A DNA stretch of 44,417 bases from Frankiales bacterium (GTDB taxonomy: Bacteria; Actinomycetota; Actinomycetes; Mycobacteriales; SCTD01): contig JANXUE010000291.1 in NCBI GenBank assembly GCA_025352005.1, positions 1 to 44,417 on the forward strand, given 5' to 3'. The translations under genes were made by a program, and so were the position numbers. Below, piece after piece: positions 27,246-37,065 of this stretch. The notes beneath the pieces are model-generated. The model worked only from the letters and a program-made list of their open reading frames with translations, was not told where the DNA came from and ran no database searches. Each line of letters begins with the position of its first letter. The first letter of the stretch is position 1.

Positions 27246-27268
27246 CGGCGCAACGTACGGTCTAGGCC
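27246..27268. promoter_or_regulatory. 23-bp bidirectional leaderless promoter
   Basis: TACGTT (minus, 27252-27257) and TACGGT (plus, 27256-27261) share a central TA, 6 and 7 bp from the start codons. Confidence 0.7.
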
Positions 27269-27949
27269 GTGCTCGAGCTCCGGATCGCCCTGCCCACCGA
27301 TCTGCCCGGTGCCGTCGACGCCTGGCGGGCCGCGCAGGCCGGCCGGGGGCTACGGCCGGCGGCGAGCAGGGTCGCGCGGGTGCAGGAGAAGGTGGCCGAG
27401 GGGTTGTTGGTCGTCGCCGTGGAGGAAGGCACCGTCGTCGGGATGGCCCAGGGCGAGGCGGGCCGCACCAAGGACGGGGCGGGCGACGCCGAGCCCGGGC
27501 TGCTGCACCTGTCGATGGTGTTCGTCCAGCCTGCGGCCCAGCGCCAGGGCATCGGTGCTGCGCTTGTCGAGGGGCTGGCGGACCTCGCCTGGGACCAGGG
27601 CTACCGGTCGGTGTCGGTGTGGTCGCGGACCCCGGAGTTCTATCTCGCATGCGGCCTGGAGCGCTCCGGGCGGGTCCAGGTGCTGGCCGACGGCTCGGCC
27701 GCCGAGCAGCTCGTTGCGGAGCTCGAACCACCCGTTCGGGACGTGGTCCTGCACGCCGACGGGCTACGGCTCGGGCAGCTGCTGAAGCTGGCAGAGATCG
27801 TCGAAACCGGCGCCGAGGGCAAGCTGCTGCTGACAGCCGGCGAGGTCCAGGTCAACGGTGAGGTCGAGCTTCGGCGCGGCCGGCAACTGGTCGTCGGTGA
27901 CGTTGTCCACGCCCGAGACCAAGCCGTCCGCCTCACACCCCCGAGCTGA
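27269..27949 (+). CDS. GNAT acetyltransferase fused to a YbcJ/YaaA-type S4 RNA-binding domain
   Basis: GNAT motif A MVFVQPAAQRQGIGAALV and FYLACG; C-terminal LRLGQLLKLAEIVETGAEGK...VQVNGEVELRRGRQLVVGDVV; single open frame. Confidence 0.85.
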   Translation: MLELRIALPTDLPGAVDAWRAAQAGRGLRPAASRVARVQEKVAEGLLVVAVEEGTVVGMAQGEAGRTKDGAGDAEPGLLHLSMVFVQPAAQRQGIGAALVEGLADLAWDQGYRSVSVWSRTPEFYLACGLERSGRVQVLADGSAAEQLVAELEPPVRDVVLHADGLRLGQLLKLAEIVETGAEGKLLLTAGEVQVNGEVELRRGRQLVVGDVVHARDQAVRLTPPS

Positions 27950-27959
27950 CGCGAGACCC

Positions 27960-30900
27960 TCACAACAGCGTGAGGGCCTCGACCTCGACCGGACCGGTGA
28001 GCAGCGCGGCCAGCTCCGCCTCGCCGGGCAGGTCGTCGTGCGCGTCCTCCCGTCCGCTCCGGACGTAGAGGAACGAGGCCGTCACCGCCGAGGGGTCGAC
28101 GTCGACCAGCCGGGCCCAGGCCAGCCGGTAGACCGCAAGCTGCACCGGGTCGGCGCTCTCCCGGCCGGTCTTCCAGTCCACGACCTGCCACCTCCCGTCG
28201 CCCAAGTCGTACACGGCGTCGATGCGGCCACGCACGACCCGGCCGGCGAGCGGCAGGGAGAACGCTGCCTCCACGGCATGCGGCTTGCGGGCCGCCCAGC
28301 CGGAGGCAAGGAACGCCTCCTGCAGGGCCGACAGCTCCTCGTCGCTACCCAGCGCGTCGTCTTCGGCACCGGGCAGCTCGTCCGGGTCGAGCAACGGCCG
28401 GTCCTCGAACAGGGTCTCCACCCACGCGTGGAACCGGGTCCCGCGCCGGGCTGCGGGAGCCGGTGGTCGGGGCATCGGCCGGGCCAGCTCGCGGGCGAAG
28501 CCGTCAGGGTCCTCCCGCAGGCGCATCAGCGCAGACGCCGTGAGCGATGTCGGCAGCAGCACCTCTCGCACGGCCCGTCGGGCGGCGCGCTCCTCGTCCA
28601 GCAGCAGGGCAGCCTCCCGGTCCAGCCGGAGCAGCTCCTCGCGCTCCCATGCGCTGAGCCCGGCGTCCTCGGGCAAGGGCTCGCCCGCCGCAAGGGAAGC
28701 GAGATCCGCGGCGACCTGGGCCGCGACGGCGAGCCGGTGCGCGAAGGGCTCCGGCTCGTACGGCGCCGGCCACACGAAGGCGGCGGTCTCGAGCAGGAGC
28801 GGGTTGCTGTCCTCCACGGGCGGATCGGCCCAGACCGGGACCGTGCCGTTGCTCGCCTCCGCGTGCTCCTTGAGGTCGAGCAGGAACGGCGACGGCCCGC
28901 GCTGCTTTTTCTGCGTGGGTCCCCACCAGTGCCCGCTTCCGATGAGCAGCCCACGAGGCCGGGTGAAGGCGACGTAGCCGAGCCTGCGCTCCTCGCGCTC
29001 AAGGTGCCCCCGACACAGCTCGTCGTACGCCGCGACGGCTGGCTTGTCGAGCTCGATGGCGAGCGCCGGCTGGTCGTCGGCATCGCCACGAAGAGGACCG
29101 GGAAGGCAGGCAGCCGTGGTGGTCCACCGGCCTCTGAGCGCCTCGGCGGGGAAGACACCCCTGGTCAGGTCGGGACAGACGACGACGTCCCACTCGAGGC
29201 CCTTGGCCTTGTGGGCGGTGAGCAGCTGGACGGCGTCGCTGCCGGAAGGGGTCACCCCGTCCAGGCCGCGCTCGTGCTCCTCGGCGGCCCGCAGGAAGGC
29301 CAGGAAGGACGTGAGGGAGGACTCCCCGTCGAGGTCGCGGAAGCCGGCGACAACGTCGAGGAACGCCGACAGCGCCTCCCGACGACGGGCCTCGACGGCC
29401 TCGGGGGAGGCGGACAGCTCGACGTCGAGGCCGGTGACCTCCACGACCCGGTGGACGAGGTCGAGCAGCGGGTCGTCGCGGTGCGAGCGCAGCAGCCGGA
29501 GCTCGGCACCGAGGGCCGTGATCCGGCTGATCCCCTCCAGGGACCAGCCGCGATGACCGGGACGGTCGAGGACGTCGGAGAGCGAGACGACGTCGCACGG
29601 GTCAATGCCGGCAACGGCCTCCTCGAGCGCCTTGTCGTCCACGTCGAGATCGGACGCGTCGAGCTCGGGCGGCGGCTCCTCATCGAGGTGCGGGTCCCGC
29701 ACTCCGCTGACGAGCAGCTCCTTGCCGCGGCGACCGAGCTGGGCGAGGTCGCGGACGCCGAGCCGCCAGCGCGGCCCGGTCAGCAGCCGAAGCAGCGCAG
29801 CGTTGGCCGTTGGCTCCTCCAACACCTCCAGGACCGCCAGCACGTCGGCCACCTCAGGCAGGGCGAGCAGACCCCCGAGGCCCACGACCTCGACCGGGAT
29901 CCCTTGCGCCACAAGGGAGGCGTGCAGGTCACCGAAGTCACGGCGGGCCCGCACGAGGACGGCGATCTCGTTCCAGGCGGTGCCGGCCGCGTGGGTGTCC
30001 GCGACCTGCTCGGCGACCCAGCTGAGCTCCTCGGCCCAGCTGGTGTGCAGGGCCGTCACGACCCGACCGAGCGCGGCCTTCGCCGGTGGGGCGGTCAGCT
30101 CCACGACGGCGTGCTTGGCCCGCAGGGACGCGGCCACCCGGTTGGCGAGATCGAGCAAGCGCCCCCCCGAGCGCTGGTTGACCGAGAGGCTGAAGACCGG
30201 CGCGGGATCGCCTGAGGGCAAGGGGAAGTGCCGCGGAAAGCTGTCGAGGTTGGCGACCGAGGCACCACGCCAGCCATAGATCGCCTGGCAGGGGTCGCCG
30301 ACCGCGGTGACCGAGTGGCCGCCTCCGAACAGCCCGGCCAGCATCCTGCGCTGAGCCACCGACGTGTCCTGATACTCATCGAGCAGGACCACGCCTGCGT
30401 GCTCCCGCTCCACAGCGCCGACCTCCGGCACCGTCTCGGCGAGCCGGGCCCCGAGCGCGACCTGGTCCCCGAAGTCGATCGCCTCCAGCTCGCGCTTCAT
30501 CGCCCGGTACGACGTGACGAGCTGGGCCAGCTCCTGCCGCTGGCGAGACCCGCGGGCGTAGCCCTCCAGCGTCTTGCAGTGGGTGGCGTGGCCCTTACGA
30601 GCCGACAGCTCCTGCTGCGCAGCCTCGAGCTGGAGCAGCCACTGCGAGTCCCAGGCCGTCAGGTCCTCCGGCTCGACGAGGTGCTCGGACAGCTCGGCGT
30701 CGAGCGCGACGAGCTCGCCGACGAGCATCGTCAGCGGGCGGGTGAGGTGGGTGATGGGCCCGCGGTGCCGGCGCAAGACGCGGGCTGCGAGCTGGTAGCG
30801 GGTCGCGTCCGCGAGCAGCCGGGCGCGCGGCTCGACACCCAGCCGCAGGCCGTGCTCAGTGACCAGGCGACCGGCGAAGGCGTGGTAGGTCGACACCACG

Positions 30901-31193
30901 GGCTCGCCCGCGTCCTCCGAGGTACGAGCCGAGAACCCAGCAGCAGCAAGGGATCTGGTGATCCGCGACGCCAGCTCAGCTGCCGCCTTGTTGGTGAAGG
31001 TGAGGCCTAGGACCCGCTCGGGTGCGACCTGCCCGGTGGCGACAAGCCACACGACGCGGGCCGCCATGACAGTGGTCTTGCCCGAGCCTGCGCCAGCCAC
31101 GATCAGCCCGGGCTCCAGGGGTGCGGTGGCGGCGGAGAGCTGCTCGGCGGTGAAGGGGACTCCGAGGACGCCGGCCAGGTCGGCGGGGGTCAC
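27960..31193 (-). CDS. adnB: AdnB helicase-nuclease subunit
   Basis: AGAGSGKT, LDEYQDT, GDPCQAIYGWRGA, HKAKGLEW; RecB-like GRIDAVY...DWKTG...QLAVY; GTGA coupling. Confidence 0.92.
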   Translation of the reverse strand: MTPADLAGVLGVPFTAEQLSAATAPLEPGLIVAGAGSGKTTVMAARVVWLVATGQVAPERVLGLTFTNKAAAELASRITRSLAAAGFSARTSEDAGEPVVSTYHAFAGRLVTEHGLRLGVEPRARLLADATRYQLAARVLRRHRGPITHLTRPLTMLVGELVALDAELSEHLVEPEDLTAWDSQWLLQLEAAQQELSARKGHATHCKTLEGYARGSRQRQELAQLVTSYRAMKRELEAIDFGDQVALGARLAETVPEVGAVEREHAGVVLLDEYQDTSVAQRRMLAGLFGGGHSVTAVGDPCQAIYGWRGASVANLDSFPRHFPLPSGDPAPVFSLSVNQRSGGRLLDLANRVAASLRAKHAVVELTAPPAKAALGRVVTALHTSWAEELSWVAEQVADTHAAGTAWNEIAVLVRARRDFGDLHASLVAQGIPVEVVGLGGLLALPEVADVLAVLEVLEEPTANAALLRLLTGPRWRLGVRDLAQLGRRGKELLVSGVRDPHLDEEPPPELDASDLDVDDKALEEAVAGIDPCDVVSLSDVLDRPGHRGWSLEGISRITALGAELRLLRSHRDDPLLDLVHRVVEVTGLDVELSASPEAVEARRREALSAFLDVVAGFRDLDGESSLTSFLAFLRAAEEHERGLDGVTPSGSDAVQLLTAHKAKGLEWDVVVCPDLTRGVFPAEALRGRWTTTAACLPGPLRGDADDQPALAIELDKPAVAAYDELCRGHLEREERRLGYVAFTRPRGLLIGSGHWWGPTQKKQRGPSPFLLDLKEHAEASNGTVPVWADPPVEDSNPLLLETAAFVWPAPYEPEPFAHRLAVAAQVAADLASLAAGEPLPEDAGLSAWEREELLRLDREAALLLDEERAARRAVREVLLPTSLTASALMRLREDPDGFARELARPMPRPPAPAARRGTRFHAWVETLFEDRPLLDPDELPGAEDDALGSDEELSALQEAFLASGWAARKPHAVEAAFSLPLAGRVVRGRIDAVYDLGDGRWQVVDWKTGRESADPVQLAVYRLAWARLVDVDPSAVTASFLYVRSGREDAHDDLPGEAELAALLTGPVEVEALTLL

Positions 31194-34100
31194 TCAACCA
31201 CCTGCCGGCCGTCGGCCTGTGCCGGGCAGCAACGCCGGAACGCACACCGGTCGCACAGGTCCTGGGGGGTCGGCGGGAAGGACTCGTGCAGGACCCGGCG
31301 TACAGCGGTGTCCAGGAGGTCGTCGACCCATGTCACACCGTCGGGCAAGGCGGCCTGCTGAGAGACCTTGGCGCCCTCCGGCCCGTCGAGGCGCAGCATG
31401 ACCAGCTCGGCGCCACCGACCTCCCGGGTGTCGACGACGGCGTCAAGGGCGCCGGCGCGGACGGCGAGCTGGTAGGTGCCGAGCTGCGGGTGGCTCTCGA
31501 GCTCCTTCTTGCCGAGTGCCGACTTGCCGGTCTTGAGGTCGACGACGTGGACCCTGCCGTCAGCGTCGAGCTCGACGCGGTCCATGAAGCCGCGCAACCG
31601 CACCTGCGTCCCCTGGACTTCCAGGGCGACGTCGAAGCCGATTTCTGTGCCGACAAGGGTCCGGTCGCGGTCGCGGGCGTGCCAGGTCAGGAAGCGGCGC
31701 AGGGCCTCGCGGGCCTCGTCATGCTGCTGCCGCGACTGCCACGGTGCGTCGTAGGCGAGCTGCCCCCACACCTTGTCGAGCCGGCCCATCAGGGTCTCGA
31801 GGTCGGCCGGGGTCTGCTCTCGGGCCACCTCGTGGGCCAGGGCGTGCAGGACGCCACCAAAGCCCATCGCGGTGCTGGACGGCGATTCGGCGTGCACTTC
31901 ATGCTCGAGGAACCACTTGAGCGGGCAGCTGTCGAGGCCGGCAAGGGAGGTGCCGGACAGCCGGACGGGGGCGTCGGGAGCCGCAACCGGATGATCGGAG
32001 GCTGTGGGGTCGAGCAGCCCCCACCAACGTTCGGGGCGAGCGGAGGGGACCAGCGGCTGCTCGAGGTGGTCAAGGGCTATTCCGAGCCGGGCGAGGCGGG
32101 CGGCTGCGGCCCGGCGCATCCCCTCGCTGCTGCGCGGGTCCACTGCTCGGCGTCGCAGGGCAGCCACCAGAGAGGTGAGAGAGAGCGGTCGGGCGACCCT
32201 GTCGAGGTGCTCCACGATCGGCACACCGAGCTCGGACAGCAGCCGGCTCGGCCGGTCGCCATCGTCCTCGGGGGCGTCAACGGCAGTGACGACGACCCGG
32301 CGGCGGGCCCGGGTGAGGGCGACGTAGAACAGCCGTCGCTCGTCGGCCAGCAGGGACGCCCGGTCGGCCGGCTCCCGCAGGCCGTCGACGTCCAGGCGCT
32401 CGCTGTCGAGCAGGGTGGAGCGGCGGCGCAGGTCCGGCCACACACCTTCCTGCACGCCGCTGACAACGACGACGTCCCACTCCAGGCCCTTGCTGCGATG
32501 GGCCGTCAGGAGCCGCACCGCCTCACCACGGACGCCCGTGTCGGCAAGCACGTCCCCAGGTATCTGCTGGGCCTCGATCTCGTCGAGCAGCGCGGTGACG
32601 CTGCCCGCGCGGCGCTCCTGGGCCCGCCCGAGAGTCGCAAACAGCGCCACCACCGCATCGAGGTCCCGGTCGGCGGCCCGACCACCGGAACCTCCGAGGA
32701 GGGAGGCCGCCTCAAGCCGGTGCGGCCACGGACTCCCGCTCCACAGTGCCCAAAGGGCAGCCTCGGGGCCGTCGGGCAACGCCTCCCGGGCGCTGCGGAG
32801 CAGGGTCGCCAGGCGCGCCGCGGGTCGGGCGACCGACGCGTCGAGCAGGAGCAGCACGCCCGGGTCGGCCACGGCCTCCCGGAGCAGCTCGGCCGAGGGC
32901 CGCGGCAGCCGGGAGGGACCGGCATCCATCTCGGCGTCGCGCCGGTCGAGGGCCCGCAGGTCCCGACCCAGCCTTCGCAGGTCGCCAGGGTCCGCGCCGC
33001 CGAGCGGCGAAACCAGCAGCTGCCGCGCGCTCTCGACGGTCAGCGCGTCGGGGCGGGCCACGACCCGCAGAGCCAGCAGCAGCGGCGCGACCGCGGGCTC
33101 CTGCCCGAGCGGCAGCTCGTCGCCGGCCACCTCGAGCGGGACCCCCGCGGCGGTCAGGACCCGGCGCAGCAGCGGCACGGAGCGGGCTCCGGACCGGACC
33201 AGGACCGCCATCCGGGACCAGGGCGTGCCGCGCTCGAGGTGCTCGCGCCGCAGCAGGTCGGCGATCGCGTCGGCCTCGGCGCCCACCGACGGGTGGGTGT
33301 GGACCTCCACCAGCCCCTGCTGCGTTCCACGGCCGGCCTGGAGCTCCCGGTGGGCACGCAGGCGGTCGACCCTCAGCCCAGGCGCGGGAACCCGGGCGGC
33401 AACCCGGCGTGACACCTCGAGCAGGGCCGCGCCGGAACGCCGACAGGTGGTGAGCGCCAGCACCGGCGCGTCGTCGCCGCTGGCTGTCGGGAAGCGGGAG
33501 GGGAACTCGAGCAGGCCCCTGACCTCGGCCCCGCGGAAAGCGTAGATCGCCTGGTCGGGGTCACCGACGACGACCAGATCGCGGCCACCACCCGCCAGGG
33601 CCTGCAGCAGCCGCTCCTGGGCCGGGTCGGTGTCCTGGTACTCGTCGACGAACACGGCCCGGTACCGCCTGCGCAGCTCCCCACCGACCTCCGGGCTTTC
33701 GGCGAGCAGAACCGCCCGGTGCACCAGCTCCGCGTAGTCGAGGGCACCCTGCGCGTCGAGCACATCGAGGTACTCCGCGAAGAACCCAGCCAGGGCGGCC
33801 CAGTCCTCGCGACCTTCGCGCACGGCGAGCGCACCGAACTGGTCGGGGTCCAGCCCCACCTCGCGCGCCCGGGACAGCAGCGCCCGCACCTCCTCGGCCA
33901 GCCCCCTTGTCGTGAGGGCCTCCCGCAGGCCGGCGGGCCAAGCCCGGCCCAATTCGATCGAGCCACGCAGCAGGTCGCGCAGCGCGACGTCCTGCTCGGG
34001 TCCCGACAGCAGGCGGAGCGGGTCGGTGTAGAGCCCCTCGGGCTGGTGCTCGCGGACCAGCGCGTAGCAGAAGGCGTGAAAGGTCCAGGCCGACGCCGAG

Positions 34101-34381
34101 CTGACCGCCATACCGAGCCTGGCGGTGATGCGGTCACGCAGCTCGCCGGCCGCCTTGCGGCTGAAGGTCAGGACCAGGACCTGGTCGGGGGTGAGACCGC
34201 CCTCGACCTTGCGGGCGACCGCCTCGACCAAAGTGGTGGTCTTGCCCGTGCCCGGCCCGGCGAGGACCAGCAGCGGGCCCGCGCCGTGGTCGAGCACGGC
34301 CTGCTGAGCGGCGTCCGGCACCATCCGGGTGGCGCGTGGGGGCGGCGTCCGGACGAGCCGATACGGCGGGGCGGTGGTCAT
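31190..34381 (-). CDS. adnA: AdnA helicase-nuclease subunit with Fe-S cysteines
   Basis: AGPGTGKT, VDEYQDT, HRSKGLEW, GFMDRVE...DLKTG, SCP...CDRCAFRRCC. Confidence 0.92.
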   Translation of the reverse strand: MTTAPPYRLVRTPPPRATRMVPDAAQQAVLDHGAGPLLVLAGPGTGKTTTLVEAVARKVEGGLTPDQVLVLTFSRKAAGELRDRITARLGMAVSSASAWTFHAFCYALVREHQPEGLYTDPLRLLSGPEQDVALRDLLRGSIELGRAWPAGLREALTTRGLAEEVRALLSRAREVGLDPDQFGALAVREGREDWAALAGFFAEYLDVLDAQGALDYAELVHRAVLLAESPEVGGELRRRYRAVFVDEYQDTDPAQERLLQALAGGGRDLVVVGDPDQAIYAFRGAEVRGLLEFPSRFPTASGDDAPVLALTTCRRSGAALLEVSRRVAARVPAPGLRVDRLRAHRELQAGRGTQQGLVEVHTHPSVGAEADAIADLLRREHLERGTPWSRMAVLVRSGARSVPLLRRVLTAAGVPLEVAGDELPLGQEPAVAPLLLALRVVARPDALTVESARQLLVSPLGGADPGDLRRLGRDLRALDRRDAEMDAGPSRLPRPSAELLREAVADPGVLLLLDASVARPAARLATLLRSAREALPDGPEAALWALWSGSPWPHRLEAASLLGGSGGRAADRDLDAVVALFATLGRAQERRAGSVTALLDEIEAQQIPGDVLADTGVRGEAVRLLTAHRSKGLEWDVVVVSGVQEGVWPDLRRRSTLLDSERLDVDGLREPADRASLLADERRLFYVALTRARRRVVVTAVDAPEDDGDRPSRLLSELGVPIVEHLDRVARPLSLTSLVAALRRRAVDPRSSEGMRRAAAARLARLGIALDHLEQPLVPSARPERWWGLLDPTASDHPVAAPDAPVRLSGTSLAGLDSCPLKWFLEHEVHAESPSSTAMGFGGVLHALAHEVAREQTPADLETLMGRLDKVWGQLAYDAPWQSRQQHDEAREALRRFLTWHARDRDRTLVGTEIGFDVALEVQGTQVRLRGFMDRVELDADGRVHVVDLKTGKSALGKKELESHPQLGTYQLAVRAGALDAVVDTREVGGAELVMLRLDGPEGAKVSQQAALPDGVTWVDDLLDTAVRRVLHESFPPTPQDLCDRCAFRRCCPAQADGRQVVE

Positions 34382-34414
34382 CGTCGAGTACTCAACCACG
34401 CGGCACCGACAGGC

Positions 34415-34750
34415 TCAGATGCCCTCCCAGCGGGCCTGTCCCAGCACGACCTTCTCGCCCCGGACGGAGCAGCCCTCGGCCCGCAACAGCTCCAGGGCCT
34501 CGTGCACCAGCGGTGCCGCCGGGCTACCGCTGGCCTGGACGACCCGCTGCCACGGCACGTCGCTTCCGTGCCGCGACAGCACCATCCCGACGGTCCGCGC
34601 CGAGCCGGTACCGAGGTACTCCGCGACGTCGCCGTACGTCATGACCTTGCCGGCCGGGATCTGCAGCACGACAGCCAGGACCGACAGCGCGTACGGCGAA
34701 GGCCCGTCGACGGGGCGCCGTTCCTGCCAGCCAAAACGTGCGATCGCCAC
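34415..34750 (-). CDS. Alkyltransferase-like (ATL/MGMT-family) DNA damage sensor
   Basis: IPAGKVMTYGDVA, PWQRVV (Trp in place of the catalytic Cys); start inferred from CATCCT-N7-GTG. Confidence 0.85.
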   Translation of the reverse strand: MAIARFGWQERRPVDGPSPYALSVLAVVLQIPAGKVMTYGDVAEYLGTGSARTVGMVLSRHGSDVPWQRVVQASGSPAAPLVHEALELLRAEGCSVRGEKVVLGQARWEGI

Positions 34751-34859
34751 GGTGGACAGGATGGGCGACGCCTTGCCGGTGCTGTCAAGCACCCGACCCG
34801 GCGTGGAGTCCGCACCGTGCCTGCTCCGGCCACATCTGGAGGGGGCCGCGGCGGCTACG

Positions 34860-35477
34860 TTCGGTGCGTGAGCCGCGCGGGGAGGACGGCGGCGATCCCC
34901 CGCTCGCGCAGCAAGCTCCGGTGCGGGCGGCCTGCAGGAGGTCCAGAAGCACTGGCAGCATGGGACTGTCACCTCCCTGGCCTGGGCCGGCTTAGATGAC
35001 CAGCGGCCAGCCGTTGCCATCGACCAGGGTGTGGAGCTTGGTCGTCAAGCCACCAAGCGACCGGCCGATTGCATGATCAACTGGCTCAACTGGCTGTCTG
35101 TTGCAATTCGAGGGGTCCCCCTGTGTGACTGGGGAGCATCAACGCGACCTCCCGGGTCATGTTCGAGCCGTGCTGATGGACCCGGCTGACCGTGGAGTCG
35201 AGAGAGATCTGCCACTCGACGTGGCCGGCGTCATCGGCCGTGACCAGCAACGCGGACAAGATCTGGTCCCAGGTGCCGTCCTTGCTGGACCGGGTGTGGC
35301 GCTTCCACACTGTCTGCCATAGGCCGAACCGATCGGGTAGGTCCCATCAAGGACAGCCCCTCCTGAGCCGGACCCGATGCCCTCAAGCACATACCGATGA
35401 CCGCGAAAAGGCCTGCTCTGCTTGCCTTTCGAACTCGGCAGCAACCTCGCCCACAAGCACGCTCAGCAAGACATGCC
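34860..35477 (-). mobile_element. Degraded IS5-family insertion sequence (transposase pseudogene)
   Basis: Fragments in several frames: WARLLP...RYVLEGI, WQTVWKRH...DGTWDQIL, SLDSTVSRVHQH, IGRSLGGLTTKLHTLVDG, LRERGIAAVLP; end-like GGCATGTCT abutting the moeZ stop; second end not found, lower boundary approximate. Confidence 0.85.
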
Positions 35478-36679
35478 TAGTACGTCGGCAGGCTGGGGTC
35501 GACCTGCGCCTGCCAGGCGAGGACGCCGCCCTGGACGTGAACGCTGTTCGTCAGACCCGCCGCTTTGACTGCAGCGAGCGACTCCGCGGACCGGACGCCG
35601 CTCTTGCAGTACAAGATGATTTCCCTGTCCTGCGGCAGGTCCGCGAGCGCGTTGCCGTTGAGGATCTCGCCCTTGGGGATCAGGGTCGCCCCGGGGATCT
35701 GCATGATCTCCCACTCGGCCTGCTCGCGGACGTCCACGAGATAGAAGTCCTCACCCGCGTCCATCTTGGCCTTGAGCTCGGTCGCGAGGATCGTGCTGCC
35801 GAGCGCCGCCTGCTGGGCCTCCTCCGAGACGGTGCCGCAGAAGGCCTCGTAGTCGATCAAGCCCGTGATGGTCGGCTGCTTGCCGCACAGTGGGCACTCC
35901 GGGTCCTTGCGGACCTTGATCTTGCGGTACTCCATCTCCAGGGCGTCGTAGACTATCAGCGTGCCGACCAGCGGCTCACCGATGCCCATCAGGAGCTTGA
36001 TGGCCTCGTTGGTCTGGATGCTGCCGATGCTTGCGCACAGCACACCCAGCACGCCACCCTCGGCGCAGCTCGGGACCATGCCCGGCGGCGGCGGCTCGGG
36101 ATAGAGGCAGCGGTAGCAGGGTGCTCCGCCCTCCGGGGTGTCCGACGGGAGAGTGGGCCAGAAGACCGATGCCTGACCGTCAAAGCGATAGATCGAGCCC
36201 CACACGTAAGGCTTGCCGAGGAAGAACGCGGCGTCGTTGACCATGTACCGGGTCGCGAAGTTGTCGGTCCCGTCCACGATCAGGTCGTACTGGCTGAAGA
36301 TCTCCATGACATTGGTGGAGTCGAGCCGTTCCTCGTGGAGGTTGACCGTGACGAGCGGGTTGATCTCCTTGACGGAGTCCCGGGCGCTCTGCGCCTTGCT
36401 GCGGCCGATGTCGCTCTGGCCGTGGATGATCTGGCGCTGCAGGTTGCTCTCATCGACGGTGTCGAAGTCCACGATGCCGAGGGTGCCGACGCCCGCTGCC
36501 GCCAGGTACATCAGCGTCGGGCTGCCGAGCCCACCGGCGCCGACCGCCAGGACCTTGGCATTCTTCAGGCGCTTCTGCCCAGCAGTTGCCACGTCCGGGA
36601 TGATCAAGTGCCGGCTGTAGCGCATGACCTCTTCGCGGGTCAGCTCAGCGGCGGGTTCCACCAGCGGCGGCAGGCTCAT
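35477..36679 (-). CDS. moeZ: MoeZ/MoeB adenylyltransferase-sulfurtransferase (ThiF plus rhodanese)
   Basis: RYSRH, GAGGLGS, SNLQRQ, DGTDNF, CYRC...SCAEGGV, CPLC, rhodanese YCKSGVRS; AAGGAGA SD. Confidence 0.95.
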   Translation of the reverse strand: MSLPPLVEPAAELTREEVMRYSRHLIIPDVATAGQKRLKNAKVLAVGAGGLGSPTLMYLAAAGVGTLGIVDFDTVDESNLQRQIIHGQSDIGRSKAQSARDSVKEINPLVTVNLHEERLDSTNVMEIFSQYDLIVDGTDNFATRYMVNDAAFFLGKPYVWGSIYRFDGQASVFWPTLPSDTPEGGAPCYRCLYPEPPPPGMVPSCAEGGVLGVLCASIGSIQTNEAIKLLMGIGEPLVGTLIVYDALEMEYRKIKVRKDPECPLCGKQPTITGLIDYEAFCGTVSEEAQQAALGSTILATELKAKMDAGEDFYLVDVREQAEWEIMQIPGATLIPKGEILNGNALADLPQDREIILYCKSGVRSAESLAAVKAAGLTNSVHVQGGVLAWQAQVDPSLPTY

Positions 36680-36773
36680 GGTGCGTCTCTCCTTCGGTAC
36701 GACGTCTTTACGTTTGCAAGCCTTCCAGCAGGGCCACGATTCCCTGGCGTGAGGTCGGCCACGTGGTGCTGCA

Positions 36774-36801
36774 GGTTTTGTCTGGGGTCCTTTGCGGGAA
36801 G
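36774..36801 (+). promoter_or_regulatory. SigF/SigB-type general stress promoter of csbD
   Basis: GGTTT-N17-GGGAAG. Confidence 0.6.
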
Positions 36802-36849
36802 ACGCCGATGACCCCCTGGCACCCGGGGGAACCCGACGAAGGAGCAGCA

Positions 36850-37020
36850 ATGAGCCTCACCGACAAGATGAAGAACAAGGGCCAGGAACTCGCGGGCAAG
36901 GCGAAGCAGACCGCCGGTAGCGCGACAGGTGACCGGGACATGCAGGCCGAAGGCATCAAGGACGAGAAGTCCGGTCAGGTCAAGCAGGTCGGCGAGAAGG
37001 TCAAGGACGTCTTCAAGTAA
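36850..37020 (+). CDS. csbD: CsbD-family stress protein
   Basis: MSLTDKMKNKGQELAGKAKQTAGSATGDRDMQAEG...GEKVKDVFK; AAGGAG SD. Confidence 0.92.
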   Translation: MSLTDKMKNKGQELAGKAKQTAGSATGDRDMQAEGIKDEKSGQVKQVGEKVKDVFK

Positions 37021-37032
37021 CCCACGCGTCAT

Positions 37033-37065
37033 GAGGGGCCAGGATCACTGCGATCCTGGCCCTTC
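37033..37065. terminator. Hairpin between convergent genes
   Basis: 14-bp stem GAGGGGCCAGGATC/GATCCTGGCCCTTC (one G-U pair), 5-nt loop. Confidence 0.75.

Noticed and set aside
27960-34381. Tandem helicase-nuclease genes as a novel defence system
   Set aside because: Motifs and synteny identify the housekeeping AdnAB resection complex
34751-35020. Long N-terminal extension of the ATL protein in the ORF track
   Set aside because: The extension runs through the IS remnant; a leaderless start at 34750 gives a normal-sized ATL
36716-36745. SigR/SigH promoter for moeZ
   Set aside because: GGAAT is present on the minus strand but position +18 reads CTT rather than GTT; too weak to call
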